From: Squalus acanthias
Taxonomy: Eukaryota
Assembly: GCA_030390025.1 (NCBI GenBank)
Contig: CM059432.1
Location: forward strand, 47,618,001 to 47,682,000
Direction of reading: 5' to 3'
Length of the DNA: 64,000 nucleotides
The translations under genes and the position numbers were made by a program. The notes under the pieces were generated by a model. The model did not search any database, was not told the DNA's origin, and was given only the letters and a program-made list of their open reading frames with translations. Shown here piece by piece: positions 62,180 to 64,000 of this stretch (positions are counted from its first letter, which is position 1; each line of letters opens with the position of its first letter).

Positions 62180-63660
62180 CAGCATGTCGATAGAGAGGAC
62201 GGGGCCAAGATAGATTCTTGGGGGGGGATCCAGAGGTAACGGTAGAGGGGCAGGAAATTAAGCCATTGCTAGAGATTCTCTGGCTACAATTGGATTGCTA
62301 AGAGTGGAACGAAACGAGAGCAGTCCCATTCAACGAGGCATTGGAGGAAGATGGTGTGGTTGACTGTGTCAATGGCTGCAGAGAAGTTGAGAAGGGCGAG
62401 GAGGGATAGTGCACCATGGTCAGTTACAGAGGTTGGCATTTGTGAATTTGATTAGGGTCATTTAAAAGCTGCAGCAGATGTGATGTAAATATTCAAACTG
62501 AGTTGCAGGAAAGATGGGCACAGATTTGGGAGGCAACAACACATTCAAGGACTTTGGAGGGAAAAGGTGGTTTGAAATGGGCGATAGTTTGCAAGGTCAG
62601 AGGGGTCAAGGGTGGATTTTTTGAGGGGGTGAAAACCTCAGTTTCAAAAAGGAGGAGAACATACCCAAGGAAAGGGAGCTATTTACAATGTCAGCTAGCA
62701 TGGGAGTGAAGAGGGAAGCTGGTTGTTATCTAGCTTTAAGAATGAGGTTAAGCGAACAGGAGGTGGGTCTTATGGACAAGATGAACTCAGAGAGGGCATG
62801 GGGAGATAGGAGAGAAGCGAGGGGAAGACGCAGGATCAGAGCTAGGGCAGGAGGGACCTTGGAAGAAATTTGGCTTGGTGGGCAAGGGGAAAGGGGGAAC
62901 ACAGCTGATCGGATGGTCTCAATCTTAGTGACAAAGAAGTCCATGAGCTCCGCACAGATGTTGGAGGTGAGGGTGGAGGGGGCAGGGGAGAGGGGTTTAA
63001 GGAAATGGTTGGTAGTGGAGAAAAGAAGTTGGGGGTTATCTTTGCATTCCAGGATGATCCTGGAGTAGTTATCAGTTTTGGCAGAGGACAGTAAGGCCCA
63101 AGAGTGCTTGAAGTGGTCCAGCCAGATCAGGCAATGGATGGCTAAACCAGTTGTGCACCCATTGGACTTGAGAGAGTGAAATGAGGACCATATCAGAGGA
63201 ATGACCAGTGTGGGAGAGAGTAAGAGTTTTACTGGGGACAAGGGCAAAGACAAAGGTGAGGAAGTGATTGAGCAGAAGTGACAGCTGCAGAAGTATCATG
63301 GCAAATGGACAACCAAAAGTTTGACAGTTGGGAGTTTGAAACTGCAGCTGTAAGTGACTTGGCGGATAATTTTTTACAGCATCAGATGCAGAAATAATTG
63401 GGGTTGGAAGGAGATAGGAGGATGCAAGTGGTGAAGGATACAAGGAAATGATCAGAGATGGCCTTGTCTGTGCTCAAGACGATGAGCATAGAGAGGCCCC
63501 ATGAAGTAGCAAGATCAAGGGGGTGGCCTTGAGTATGGGTAAGAGAGTTTATATAGGAGAGGTTAAGGGAAGACAGAAGGGCAGTCAAATTAGAGGAAAG
63601 AGGCCAAAGTAAATTGAGATGGAGATTGAAATCACTGAGAACACCTGAATAGGCAACTTC
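62180..63660 (-). mobile_element. decayed L2 fragment including endonuclease remnants
   Basis: DFNLH, THTQGHPLDL, SDHFLVSF, LMDFFVTKIETIRS. Confidence 0.75.
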
Positions 63661-63877
63661 CAAATTATTTTTCTATACTTACAGGCTTTTTAATGTAGTA
63701 AGTATTCATGTGGAATTCAAAGAATCAGAATCTACAGTAGAAGAAAATTTCAAAAATCTAAAACAAAGTTGGACTACTTATCAATTTATTAAAAACCTAA
63801 GATAAATGCCAAATAAATTATTTCCCTAACCAGAAAAAAGGTTGCCTTTTCTCTGCATGTTAAAAAGAACTTGCATT

Positions 63878-64000
63878 TCATAGAATCATACAGCACAGGA
63901 GGCCATTCGGCCCATCGAGCCTGTGCTGGCTCTCTGCAAGAGTTAGCAATTAGTACCACTCCCCTGCTCTTTCCACATAGCCCTGCAAATGTTTTCTTTT
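63878..64000 (-). mobile_element. CR1 3' tail running off the window edge
   Basis: tcatagaatcatacagcacaggaggccattcggcccatcgagcc, complementary to the tail type at 57720-57810. Confidence 0.8.

Overview
Eukaryotic (vertebrate) genomic DNA, most likely a cartilaginous fish (shark). This is inferred from abundant CR1 LINEs, Deu-domain tRNA-SINEs with L2-type tails, L2, RTE, Penelope-like elements and PIF/Harbinger transposons. Much of the window is nested transposable-element sequence. Two decayed Harbinger transposons (intron-containing Myb/SANT gene convergent with a HARBI1-like DDE transposase) have accumulated later insertions. One holds a Penelope-like element with a minimal hammerhead ribozyme. 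The other holds a full-length CR1 with an uninterrupted 932-codon EN+RT ORF2 and a U_UUA_AAC slippery heptamer right at the ORF1 stop. Also present are a 340-bp non-coding Penelope derivative with perfect 126-bp inverted arms (one hammerhead per strand), several hairpin-rich MITEs, a hAT MITE, two Tc1/mariner-type MITEs and a short solo LTR. No host protein-coding gene could be identified. Several minus-strand segments have canonical splice signals and may be exons of a long spliced transcript. Family assignments come from recognising motifs by eye, not from database searches, and boundaries of decayed elements are approximate.
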